From a virus (Duplodnaviria; Caudoviricetes), in IMG/VR virus record IMGVR_UViG_3300025141_000018: a DNA stretch of 64,000 nt; one strand, given 5' to 3'. A program made the position numbers and the translations under genes. The notes below the pieces were generated by a model. The model saw only the letters and a list, made by a program, of their open reading frames with translations. It had not been told where the DNA came from and did not search any database. Positions 17,763 through 26,902 of the stretch are shown in pieces; within the stretch, counting starts at the first letter, position 1; the number at the start of each line of letters is the position of its first letter.

Positions 17763-19119
17763 TGAGCTCCTCCATTAATAACTTATAAAATTTCCCATTT
17801 GTATGGTTAAAAACTCTTATATATTCTGATTGCTCATCAAGTGTAAAATGTCCGTTATCGTTGTGCATATGTAAATCACCAATAGTAGTTGACGAAGCAA
17901 ATACGTCTTTCCAACGTTTTCCTGCTTCTCCTAAACAATGAGTATCATCAACACTAGGAAGAATATGATTTGGAAATGCTTGCATCTGGGCACAAGTATA
18001 ATGACTTGCTGAATCAAATGTTGCATAGGAAACTGTTTCTAATACATCACTAACATTTGCACCTGAATTTAATACAACCGAAGTATTGTTGTTTGCTACA
18101 AAATCATTTGATGCACCTTCTATTAATTTAATACCATTTAAAAATACATCTATGTGTCCTGTTGTATAGCATTGTGCAGGCGTAAACGTTGTTTGACTAG
18201 CAGTTGCCGTAAATGCTTCTGTTACAATAGTGCTTCTTTCAGCATTACCATTTGTAATACATAATTGTTTCGGGTTTGATCCTGTATTTGTTGCTATTGT
18301 AATACCTGTTCCTGCTACTACTTCTAATGTATCATTATTAGTAGCAACTAAACTGCTTTGTCCTGATACTTCTAATGTTTTATATGATACACCTGAACTT
18401 CCAACAGTAACAGTACCACTACCATTATCAGTTAATTCAAATCCACAATTAACATCAAATTTAAAAGTATCTACATTTGCTACTATGGTATTTGAAACTG
18501 GATCGTTTATTTCACATACATTAATAGCAACTCCTGCATCACACCATGCAAAAGCACTACCTGTCCAAATAAGATTTTGATTACTACTAGGACTTGCAGG
18601 AATATCACATAATGATTCAATACCAACACCTAGTGTTCCGTTTGTAGCACACCCTGATGTACCTATATTAAGTACACCTGTTGAATCAGATGATAAAACA
18701 GTATCGCATACTGTAAGAGTACCATCCATACTAACATTTCGCAATGTAGCAATATCTTTATTAGCATCAACAACAAGAGCATTATTACCGGCTACTGTAC
18801 CATCTGTAATTCCATTAATTTTTGCAATATCGGTTTCGGAAACACTTTCTGCACCCATACATAATATATCTGTACAAACTGCTGTAGAAGCACAAATTGT
18901 TCCAACATCAATATTGGCTGTTTTTACACCAACTGTATAAACACATTTCCATTGATTTGTATTACCATCGCTCCCGACTCCGTCTAAACCAATACAATAT
19001 GAGTCGTGGTCAATAGGTACAATGTTCTGATTAATTTGAGTAAGATCAACACCCGATTGAGTTAGTTGCCTCTTATTGTTATAATTAATATTAGGATTAA
19101 AATATGAAAAAGATCCCAC
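17755..19119 (-). CDS. Virion fibre-associated structural protein; Cys-rich
   Basis: Fibre motifs (HILPSVDDTHCLG..KRWKDVF; TIGDLHM.N..G.FTLDE). About 15 Cys in 454 aa. Confidence 0.65.
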   Translation of the reverse strand: MGSFSYFNPNINYNNKRQLTQSGVDLTQINQNIVPIDHDSYCIGLDGVGSDGNTNQWKCVYTVGVKTANIDVGTICASTAVCTDILCMGAESVSETDIAKINGITDGTVAGNNALVVDANKDIATLRNVSMDGTLTVCDTVLSSDSTGVLNIGTSGCATNGTLGVGIESLCDIPASPSSNQNLIWTGSAFAWCDAGVAINVCEINDPVSNTIVANVDTFKFDVNCGFELTDNGSGTVTVGSSGVSYKTLEVSGQSSLVATNNDTLEVVAGTGITIATNTGSNPKQLCITNGNAERSTIVTEAFTATASQTTFTPAQCYTTGHIDVFLNGIKLIEGASNDFVANNNTSVVLNSGANVSDVLETVSYATFDSASHYTCAQMQAFPNHILPSVDDTHCLGEAGKRWKDVFASSTTIGDLHMHNDNGHFTLDEQSEYIRVFNHTNGKFYKLLMEELNE

Positions 19120-19122
19120 TTA

Positions 19123-19473
19123 CTATCCTCCTAACGCTATTGCAAATGCAATAGCACTTTCATCTATTTGTGATTGCAACGAAGTCGTTGACGGTTTAAA
19201 ACTTGACGAAACTGTATCATATGTTAAGTAATATCCTGCCGCCGGAGTTACACTTGAATCATATGAAACCACATTTTTCCAAGTAGCATTACCATAATGT
19301 TCTAATTGATTTGTATCACTATTAAATCTTAAAGATCCATCAGTTGCAACACCTGTTTGCGAACGCCCCGAAGTTGTACCAACAGGTAATATAATAGCAC
19401 CATTTTGATCAACAGTTAAAACTTGACTGCTACTACTGATTTTGTTTAATTGATGATTTAAATTTATTGCCAT
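19123..19473 (-). CDS. Small virion structural protein
   Basis: LPVGTTSGR...DGSLRFNSDT..LEHY module and C-terminal AIAFAIALGG. Confidence 0.6.
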   Translation of the reverse strand: MAINLNHQLNKISSSSQVLTVDQNGAIILPVGTTSGRSQTGVATDGSLRFNSDTNQLEHYGNATWKNVVSYDSSVTPAAGYYLTYDTVSSSFKPSTTSLQSQIDESAIAFAIALGG

Positions 19474-19483
19474 TTTTTATTTC

Positions 19484-21076
19484 CTAACTTGTAATCATAC
19501 TATGATACGGTTCTATATAAGGCATTCTTAAATATCTATTTGGTGCACCACATATACTATCGTCATTATTATAATCATCATCTAATCCTGTTGAATATAA
19601 TCTATTTGCTATACCTTCATCAATGAGCCATTGATTAGCATCATCTTGTGTCCAAGTAGGATGAAGTTGTAACATACAAGCAATTACTCCAGTTACTTGC
19701 GGACTTGCCATACTTGTACCTGATAATGCAGTAACTTTATAACTAGAATTTCTTGGATCATTGTAGCCACTTATATAAGGACTCATAATATTTGATCCTG
19801 GTGCCCATATATGTAATCTTGCGCCTTTAGTTGACGAATATCTAGTTTGCTCATACCATGTTCCACCTGACGATAGATATGATCCTTCAACATTACCAAC
19901 AAGTCCTATATTTGCTGTTGATGTTGTTGGTGTACCACCTCTATGATAATACTTAATACTATTATAATATTTGTCAAAATACCAATTATTATAATCAATA
20001 TGCCCTGAACCTACAATTACATACTTGTTATTGCCAGCGGCATTATACATTATTATTCCATCATCTATGCAATCTTGTACATCTGCATCAATTGATGAAA
20101 CAAAATTACCATGAGTACTACTTACACCTATTCCTCTATTTTCTAATTCTGCTGGACTTGGCCAATCACTTCCAGTATAACTACCAGCACCCCAATCACC
20201 ATGTGATCCAGTATATTCATAAGTCCAATCTGTTCCTCTATAAGTTCCATAAACAGGTTGCAAAGCATTAGTATAATATGACCAACTATTATTACAAACA
20301 GTAGGTCTACCTGCATTAGGACCTGATTTATTATTATGCCATCCTCTAATTAATTCAAAACAAGTATATGAACTAATTGCATACGTATTTGATAATGTAG
20401 CCATTGCATATATGTCTGCACCTCTTGCCCAGCCGTGTGTATTACCTGCGGCTGTTCCTGCTACATGACTTCCGTGTCCGTTTTGATCGCTGTAAAAATT
20501 AGCATTTTGAGAACCAGAAATTCCTGATTCCGTATACCAATCTATTTCTTGTATTCGAGATCCACCAGTACCATCAGGATTAACTGTGTACTCTGGATGC
20601 CCGGCAGTTATACCTGTATCAATTATAACTACATCAACACCTGTGCCATCTAATGCATAATCATGATCAGCGGTTATACTTGTACTATTAACACCTCCAA
20701 ATGCATCAGTATTATTAGTATAAGAACAACTACGTAATCCCCAATTTTTTATATCAGAACCTCCTGAAGTTCTATGAAATTGTGCATCTTCATATTTTCC
20801 AAGAGTCGTAACAGGCATATTTAATATTTCCTGTTTTAATTGTACATCTAGTACTCGCGAATCATTTCTTAATTCTGCGGCTTCTAAATGTGATAATGCA
20901 TACTCTGTATTTCGTTTACTTCCCGGTCGTTTATCAACCCAATCAATAGGTTTATCCGGAATACTGGCTAAACTTGTATCAGAGTTTTTGAGCCCCGATG
21001 TGTCTTTTGTCATTTGATCAAAGAACTCTGACGGGTCACAATCTTTCTTCAGAGTAACTACATATTCTTGTTCCAT
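19484..21076 (-). CDS. Subtilisin-like serine protease (S8) with N-terminal prodomain
   Basis: Complete catalytic set: VVIIDTG (Asp), HGSHVAG (His), AAGN (oxyanion Asn), GTSMASP (Ser). No signal peptide evident. Confidence 0.92.
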   Translation of the reverse strand: MEQEYVVTLKKDCDPSEFFDQMTKDTSGLKNSDTSLASIPDKPIDWVDKRPGSKRNTEYALSHLEAAELRNDSRVLDVQLKQEILNMPVTTLGKYEDAQFHRTSGGSDIKNWGLRSCSYTNNTDAFGGVNSTSITADHDYALDGTGVDVVIIDTGITAGHPEYTVNPDGTGGSRIQEIDWYTESGISGSQNANFYSDQNGHGSHVAGTAAGNTHGWARGADIYAMATLSNTYAISSYTCFELIRGWHNNKSGPNAGRPTVCNNSWSYYTNALQPVYGTYRGTDWTYEYTGSHGDWGAGSYTGSDWPSPAELENRGIGVSSTHGNFVSSIDADVQDCIDDGIIMYNAAGNNKYVIVGSGHIDYNNWYFDKYYNSIKYYHRGGTPTTSTANIGLVGNVEGSYLSSGGTWYEQTRYSSTKGARLHIWAPGSNIMSPYISGYNDPRNSSYKVTALSGTSMASPQVTGVIACMLQLHPTWTQDDANQWLIDEGIANRLYSTGLDDDYNNDDSICGAPNRYLRMPYIEPYHSMITS

Positions 21077-21081
21077 AATAC

Positions 21082-21089
21082 TATTTATT
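21082..21089 (-). promoter_or_regulatory. Late promoter (AATAAATA)
   Basis: TATTTATT on the + strand just upstream of the subtilase ATG at 21076. Confidence 0.5.
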
Positions 21090-21100
21090 GCAAAATATTA

Positions 21101-22918
21101 TTATGTAATTTCTATAGTCCAGGATCCGTCTTTAAAGGGCATGTTGGCGTATCGGTTATGTCCGCCATGTAGGCTGTCTGTAACAGTATAATCTTGGCCG
21201 CCACCGAGCCAGGCTGCTGTGGGGCCTGCGCCATACCTATCTGCGGGAGTATTTGTAGTACCTTGGTGAATTGCTCCGGATTTATGACATTCTGATCGTA
21301 CAAAATCACGGACATTTTTTTGATTCCAATGAGGATTGGCTTCAAGTAAACAAGCAACCATACCACATACTTGTGGGCTTGCCATACTTGTACCACTTAA
21401 TGATTTCCAATGGTAACTAGAATCTCTAGGGTCGGTCCAGGAACTATTTGCGGCATTTACAGGTCCTGCAATATTAGTTCCGGGGGCCCATACATCTATT
21501 CTAGGTCCACTATTTGAATAATCTGCTTTTTTCTCTGTTGTTGTTCCAGGTTTATTAGTATCAGCGATTGCTCCAACACAAACAGGCATCATTCCATTAT
21601 CATTCCAATGCGAACCTGGGGAGCCACCTTGCATATGTTTTATTGAGCCTCTACTAACAGTTCCGTATTCGGTTGCCCAGTCTCTACCTAAATCTGACAT
21701 ATTTAATTTTCTCGGACAACCATCAGTATCGTTATATGCAACATCTATTTTGTGATATTCATTACCTGCGGCGGCTACAAAAATTACTCCAACATCCATA
21801 CATTGTTCCATATCTGCTTTTATATCTGATCTAACTCGCGGATGCACCCAATAATTAGATGGATCATCTGTATCTTCGTATCCTGTTTCACCAAAAAATT
21901 CTTTACGTTGGTTTCCTGATGTATATCCTGCTTCAGCAAATCTGTAAGCCTGACCAGAATCATAAGGATAATCACCATATCTCCATGCATGTATTGTCAT
22001 ATTCCAATAATGCTCTAAAATAATCCAACTTTGATTTACTACTGTAGGTCGTTTATATCCAGTTGATGCCTGGGCTGTTTTTTGTGTATGAAATGCTTCT
22101 ATCATATCAAAACTATATGCATGAGAAACATATGCGGCATCTTGAATTTTTTGTGACCATATACCTGCTTCTGTTGCCCATCCACAAGTATTACCTACTG
22201 CTATTCCAGCAACATGAGATCCATGTCCGTAACTATCATTATGATAACCATCATAACTATAACCACCAGGCATATTAATACCTAATGCATTCCACCAATG
22301 ATATGTGCTATCGTATCTTGAACCACCTGTGCCATCAGGATTAATTGCAAACTCGGGATGATCTCCTATTATACCTGTGTCTTGAATTATAACATCTACT
22401 CCTTTACCTGTCAAGTTATAACCATACTTTCCAGTAAGTTCTGTAGAGTTACTATTCCATCCTCCAGCAGTTGTAGTCATAGAACGTAAACCCCAATTTA
22501 CATCCCATGCTTGCGATGGACTCCTATCAAAATTCATATCAGTTGGTGCCCACCCTACTGCTCCTTGGGTACCTCTATAATGACATAATCCTATATTTTG
22601 ATGGGGATCGTTTTCAAATGGAATTTGCACATCGTCGACTCTAGGATCTTTACGTAACTCTCGCACTTCTTCTAAAGACATGCTATAATGTGTATTACAA
22701 TTACTTTTTTCTCGTCTATTTACAGTATCTATAGTTCTTGTTGGTATTTGTCCTGTATCGGAAAGGGAGGCTGAATCACGAATCATTTTATCATGAAAAT
22801 CTGTTGCATCTGCATCTTTTTTTAATGTCACGATATACTCCTCTTGAGCAGTCATATCAAGACCGTTTGCAATTTCTTCTTCTTCTAGTGCTTTTAATTC
22901 ATCTAATATGTCGCTCAT
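21101..22918 (-). CDS. Second S8 subtilase, paralogue of 19484..21076
   Basis: IIQDTG, HGSHVAG, AAGN and GTSMASP. The prodomain motif EYIVTLKKD matches EYVVTLKKD in the paralogue. Confidence 0.92.
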   Translation of the reverse strand: MSDILDELKALEEEEIANGLDMTAQEEYIVTLKKDADATDFHDKMIRDSASLSDTGQIPTRTIDTVNRREKSNCNTHYSMSLEEVRELRKDPRVDDVQIPFENDPHQNIGLCHYRGTQGAVGWAPTDMNFDRSPSQAWDVNWGLRSMTTTAGGWNSNSTELTGKYGYNLTGKGVDVIIQDTGIIGDHPEFAINPDGTGGSRYDSTYHWWNALGINMPGGYSYDGYHNDSYGHGSHVAGIAVGNTCGWATEAGIWSQKIQDAAYVSHAYSFDMIEAFHTQKTAQASTGYKRPTVVNQSWIILEHYWNMTIHAWRYGDYPYDSGQAYRFAEAGYTSGNQRKEFFGETGYEDTDDPSNYWVHPRVRSDIKADMEQCMDVGVIFVAAAGNEYHKIDVAYNDTDGCPRKLNMSDLGRDWATEYGTVSRGSIKHMQGGSPGSHWNDNGMMPVCVGAIADTNKPGTTTEKKADYSNSGPRIDVWAPGTNIAGPVNAANSSWTDPRDSSYHWKSLSGTSMASPQVCGMVACLLEANPHWNQKNVRDFVRSECHKSGAIHQGTTNTPADRYGAGPTAAWLGGGQDYTVTDSLHGGHNRYANMPFKDGSWTIEIT

Positions 22919-23892
22919 TATGTATTCACCACCGTAGCTCTAGTATCAAATCTAAGCCAATTAGTGCCATCATAAAATACTGGAGTAGGTTGAGCATTAC
23001 TAGATCCGTCTGTTGCATCACATGCATATGCTATTGCTCCTGCACTTGGTGCGCCTAGAGCATTTAAAGCGGTAACTGTACATACTGCTAAACCAATAGG
23101 CGAACACGCTCTTGTTTCACCAGCGGCGTTAAGACAAATATAATTTCCTGCATTTATATTAAATGTGCCTGATGCAGTTGTAATCAAACAACATGAAATA
23201 CATAAAGTATTAGCAACTAATGTTCCACCAATATGTGCATTACATGCAATGCCTACACCACCAGATACCATAAATGCACCTGTTGTTGAACTTGTTGATT
23301 GGGTTGTATTTGTTATAGTAAGTGTACCATCAGTACAATAACAAACATCATGTCCTGAATATTTGCAAAGATAGCCTGTTCCTGAACCACCTGTAATACC
23401 TGTTAAGTTACTTCCATCACCAATGAAACAATCAGCAGTAACATTTCCACCAACTTTTATATCGCATACTACACTAATTCCGCCATCGGTTTGTATAGAC
23501 CCATCAGTTGTAGATGTTGCATTTGTAGTATTTTCAGTATATATTTTACTTTCTGATATAATATGTCCTTCAATATACGCATCGCATTTAACACCTAAGC
23601 CTCCTGAGCAGGCTATTAAAGAACCGGTTACTCCTGATGTTGCATTAGTATTTTGAGTTGCGGTATAAACTGTGGCTGATTGAATTGTATTACAAGTAAG
23701 AGTACCGGAGACTGTCATGTCTCCTGCTACATTAATGTCACCACCAATCCAAGCATCACATGCAATACCGGCTCCACCTAGCATTACTAAGGCACCTGTG
23801 CTAGTACTTGTTGAATTTGTTGTTGTCTTAAGACATAATTTATCTGCGGTTAAATTATAATCACCGCAAATACAAGAAGTGATGTCAGTCAT
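22918..23892 (-). CDS. Cys-rich fibre-repeat virion protein
   Basis: Four TTNSTS.TTGAL..GG.G.ACD-type repeats. About 20 Cys in 324 aa. Confidence 0.7.
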   Translation of the reverse strand: MTDITSCICGDYNLTADKLCLKTTTNSTSTSTGALVMLGGAGIACDAWIGGDINVAGDMTVSGTLTCNTIQSATVYTATQNTNATSGVTGSLIACSGGLGVKCDAYIEGHIISESKIYTENTTNATSTTDGSIQTDGGISVVCDIKVGGNVTADCFIGDGSNLTGITGGSGTGYLCKYSGHDVCYCTDGTLTITNTTQSTSSTTGAFMVSGGVGIACNAHIGGTLVANTLCISCCLITTASGTFNINAGNYICLNAAGETRACSPIGLAVCTVTALNALGAPSAGAIAYACDATDGSSNAQPTPVFYDGTNWLRFDTRATVVNT

Positions 23893-23903
23893 TAGTGATT
23901 ATC

Positions 23904-24665
23904 CTAGTGTAAATCTGTCCATGCACCGTTAGCATATCCTCTAAATTTGCAAGTATCGGATTTATAATACATTTGGCCTTCGGCACCTGCTGGATCACTT
24001 GTGGCAGTATGAAGTTGAACAACATTGCTCATTGTTAATTTACCAGCAATGTATGCATCACAAGCAACTCCAATTCCTCCATCTGTTTGTATTGAGCCAG
24101 TTGTACCACTAGTTGAATTAGTAGTACTGTCAACAGTAATGGCACCAGCAATGTATGCATCACAAGTAACTCCAAGTCCGCCATCTGTTTGTATTGAGCC
24201 AGTTGTACCATTAGTTGAATTAGTAGTACTATCGACAGTGATGGCACCACCAATATATACATCACAAGCAACTCCAAGTCCACCAGCATTAGTAATAGCA
24301 CCTGTGGTTGTGCTAGTTGAATTCGTTGTATCTGTTGCACTAATAATACCTGCGGCTATTGTTTTAACAAAAACACAATTCCATTTTTGTGGCGCAGAAC
24401 CTAAATTATAGGTTTCATCTGTATCGGGTATAATATGTGATATTACATCAGCAGTAAAACAAACAGAATCAGTATTAGCATCACCAATAACTGTATTACC
24501 AGTGGCATATAAATTACCTCCAACACAAATATCTTTAGTAACACCAACTCCACCTGCAACAACTAACGCACCGGTTGTTGTACTTGTTGAATTTGTGTCA
24601 CTTATTATTGTTACACATGTTGAATCAATACTATATTCGCCTGCTATTTTTTCTGTATGTTTCAT
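23904..24665 (-). CDS. Fibre-repeat virion protein
   Basis: Four STTNSTSTTTG...GG.GVACD repeats. The C-terminal module is shared with 24674..25612. Confidence 0.7.
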   Translation of the reverse strand: MKHTEKIAGEYSIDSTCVTIISDTNSTSTTTGALVVAGGVGVTKDICVGGNLYATGNTVIGDANTDSVCFTADVISHIIPDTDETYNLGSAPQKWNCVFVKTIAAGIISATDTTNSTSTTTGAITNAGGLGVACDVYIGGAITVDSTTNSTNGTTGSIQTDGGLGVTCDAYIAGAITVDSTTNSTSGTTGSIQTDGGIGVACDAYIAGKLTMSNVVQLHTATSDPAGAEGQMYYKSDTCKFRGYANGAWTDLH

Positions 24666-24673
24666 TTATATCT

Positions 24674-25612
24674 CTAATGTAAATCTGTCCATGCTCCATT
24701 AGCGTATCCTCTGAACTTGCAAGTATCTGTTTTATAATACATCATTCCTTCAGTTCCTGCAGGATCGCTAGTTGCACCATGTAATTTAATTGTTCCGCCC
24801 ATTGTTAAACTTGTTAATGTACCAACACTTGTAATACCTGCTTGTGCGGCATCTACACTTAAAGAATGGGCAACATTTTCTCCGGTAGTTGCTCCTGAAG
24901 ATGTTAGTCCGGTTCCAGCAGTTAATGTTCCAACATAGTTACCGGAAGTATCAGTACCAAGTGTAACCGAATTTGCTTGAATTGTTGCTGTTCCTGTTAC
25001 ATTTCCTGATCCATCAAACCCACTTGAAGTCCATACAACATCTCCTGTCATACCAATAGTTCTAGCCGTTGTAAGTTTATCAGCAGTTCCTGATGAACCA
25101 CCAGTTGAGCCAGCAGTTGTAGCACAACAAACTGAAAAATCACATGCTAATACTTTTTTAAATGCATTATCAGTTGCATCAACAACTACTAGATAATCAG
25201 TGTTACTGTCAATTGGATTATACATTTGATCGCATATAACACCTGTGCTAACAGTCATACAACCACTAGAAGCAAGAGTTATATCTCCTGAAACTGCTTT
25301 TGCGGTATAGCAACTTCCTTGCCCTACTAATACATTTCCTGCAGATGCAGTTGCAGTAACAACATCTGTTAAACAATTAAGGGCTAAACCAGTTGTGTGT
25401 GCTACTGATTTCCAAGTACATGAAGATGGATCAGAATCAAAATATTCTACTGCATATGTTTCATTATTATATCTTAACGAACCACCTTTTAGTGTACTAC
25501 CTGAAGCACAACGAGAAGCAGTATTACCAGCAGGCAACACCATATTACTACATGTGCCTACTTCTAAATTGCTCGGTGCTGAGCTCGGATATGGTACTAT
25601 TACTGAAGTCAT
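24674..25612 (-). CDS. Fibre-related virion protein (true start 25612, MTSVIVP)
   Basis: The listed start at 25807 lies inside gp23 and crosses its terminator. The ATG at 25612 follows a late promoter. About 11 Cys in 312 aa. Confidence 0.7.
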   Translation of the reverse strand: MTSVIVPYPSSAPSNLEVGTCSNMVLPAGNTASRCASGSTLKGGSLRYNNETYAVEYFDSDPSSCTWKSVAHTTGLALNCLTDVVTATASAGNVLVGQGSCYTAKAVSGDITLASSGCMTVSTGVICDQMYNPIDSNTDYLVVVDATDNAFKKVLACDFSVCCATTAGSTGGSSGTADKLTTARTIGMTGDVVWTSSGFDGSGNVTGTATIQANSVTLGTDTSGNYVGTLTAGTGLTSSGATTGENVAHSLSVDAAQAGITSVGTLTSLTMGGTIKLHGATSDPAGTEGMMYYKTDTCKFRGYANGAWTDLH

Positions 25613-25638
25613 AATTAAATCATTCTTTATATTGTAAT

Positions 25639-25646
25639 TATTTATC
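25639..25646 (-). promoter_or_regulatory. Late promoter (GATAAATA)
   Basis: TATTTATC on the + strand, 27 nt upstream of the ATG at 25612. Confidence 0.6.
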
Positions 25647-25665
25647 TTTAAGAAATAATGGTCAT

Positions 25666-25696
25666 AAAAAAAGGTACTGCCGAAACAGTACCTTTT
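25666..25696 (-). terminator. Rho-independent terminator after the major capsid gene
   Basis: Minus strand reads GGTACTG-T-TTCG-G-CAGTACC followed by 7 T, 10 nt after the gp23 stop. Confidence 0.9.
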
Positions 25697-25706
25697 GTAG
25701 TAAACC

Positions 25707-26876
25707 TTAAATGAATGAAAGGTTTGTTGTGTTGATTGCGATCTTTGCAAGATAGTCGCCAGCATTACCCAAGGATGATGCTGAGTTTGAAAGTTCAACA
25801 TAACCATATCTGGTTAAGAAACTTACGACTGGTTCGAACGAAGTCGGATCAAGTACAACACCAGAGCTCATCAACGGAACGTATGGGCAATAGAAAGATG
25901 CCGCATCCATTTCGCCTGGTCCTTTATAACCAACGAGGATGTCTGTGCTGTCAGTTGCGTATGCGTCAACATAAACACGAACTGAACTGTTCAATGTACC
26001 AACAAATTTTGTATTAGTTGGTGCTTCGAAAGTACCTTCAGTTGTTCTTGCGAACGCTGAAGTTGTTGCACTTTGCAATACTGTAAGAGCAGTTGGTGAA
26101 ACAACTACCCAGTTACCTGCACCACGACGTGTGCGTTGAGCTATCAAGTTAGCGGCTCTATTTACAAGAACTGCTAAAGCGGCATGCTCGTCGCCAACAT
26201 ATGTGGCTGTACCAGATACGGAACCTTGGTCGTATGTACCAATGGCCGTTCCGGACAATGTTCTTAAACTGCCAAGAATGTCTTGATCAATCTCTGCTGT
26301 AATCTCTTGTGCTAAAGCGGCCATAATCTCTGCTTCAACATCAAGCCCATGCTGGGATTGTGCATCTTGTGCGGCTTCAAAAGTCCAACGAGCGGACAGT
26401 CTGCGTGACTGAGCTTCGACTGTTTGCTTTAAGACTTGAATGGATAGCCTGTTACCGGCAACCCCTTCTAAATCTGCTGTTGGGCTCGGTGCGGCCGATG
26501 ATCCTGGTGCACCTGAATAATTTGTTGCGATATCAAACGGACTAAGAGCTTCTTGACCTGCAGTTCCACCATTATCGGTGTCTGAGTATCGTACTCTTAA
26601 CGTATGTATCTGTGCTACGGGTCCACTCATTGGTTGGACTCCGATTATTTCGTTAGCAATAACTGTAGGCATAACCCTGCGGATGACCGGTAAAATAACC
26701 TTATTCAATGTTGCAACGTTACCAGCATGTGAAGCACCAGCGGTTGCTGTCTCCATCAACTGGGAGCGTGTATTTTCTAAGGTTGTTTCCATGACAACTT
26801 TTTTGTTGCCTTGTAGACCGTCGCAGAGAGCCTCTTTTGTTTGTTGCCAATTTGACTCAAAAATTGCGTCTGCCAT
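25707..26876 (-). CDS. gp23: Major capsid protein (T4 gp23-like)
   Basis: VRRVMPTVIANEIIGVQPMSGP, EAQSRRLSARWTFEAAQD, EIMAALAQEITAEID and FYCPYVPL are gp23 signatures. Confidence 0.97.
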   Translation of the reverse strand: MADAIFESNWQQTKEALCDGLQGNKKVVMETTLENTRSQLMETATAGASHAGNVATLNKVILPVIRRVMPTVIANEIIGVQPMSGPVAQIHTLRVRYSDTDNGGTAGQEALSPFDIATNYSGAPGSSAAPSPTADLEGVAGNRLSIQVLKQTVEAQSRRLSARWTFEAAQDAQSQHGLDVEAEIMAALAQEITAEIDQDILGSLRTLSGTAIGTYDQGSVSGTATYVGDEHAALAVLVNRAANLIAQRTRRGAGNWVVVSPTALTVLQSATTSAFARTTEGTFEAPTNTKFVGTLNSSVRVYVDAYATDSTDILVGYKGPGEMDAASFYCPYVPLMSSGVVLDPTSFEPVVSFLTRYGYVELSNSASSLGNAGDYLAKIAINTTNLSFI

Positions 26877-26902
26877 TATATTCTCCTACTTTTCTCTGTT
26901 TT

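Noticed and set aside
4822-25612. Codon reassignment as the cause of the excess Cys
   Set aside because: The Cys codons checked are ordinary TGT/TGC. Functional Cys elsewhere (CPLC hook of gp46, CxxC of the chaperone, SCPN of pyrD) read correctly, and core genes translate normally under code 11.
4822-25612. Lanthionine or sactipeptide cross-linking (Ser/Thr + Cys + S8 protease)
   Set aside because: No LanB/C/M or radical-SAM gene in this window. It remains untestable here.
25613-25807. N-terminal extension of the 24674 ORF overlapping gp23
   Set aside because: It crosses the capsid terminator. A late promoter and ATG at 25612 give a better start.
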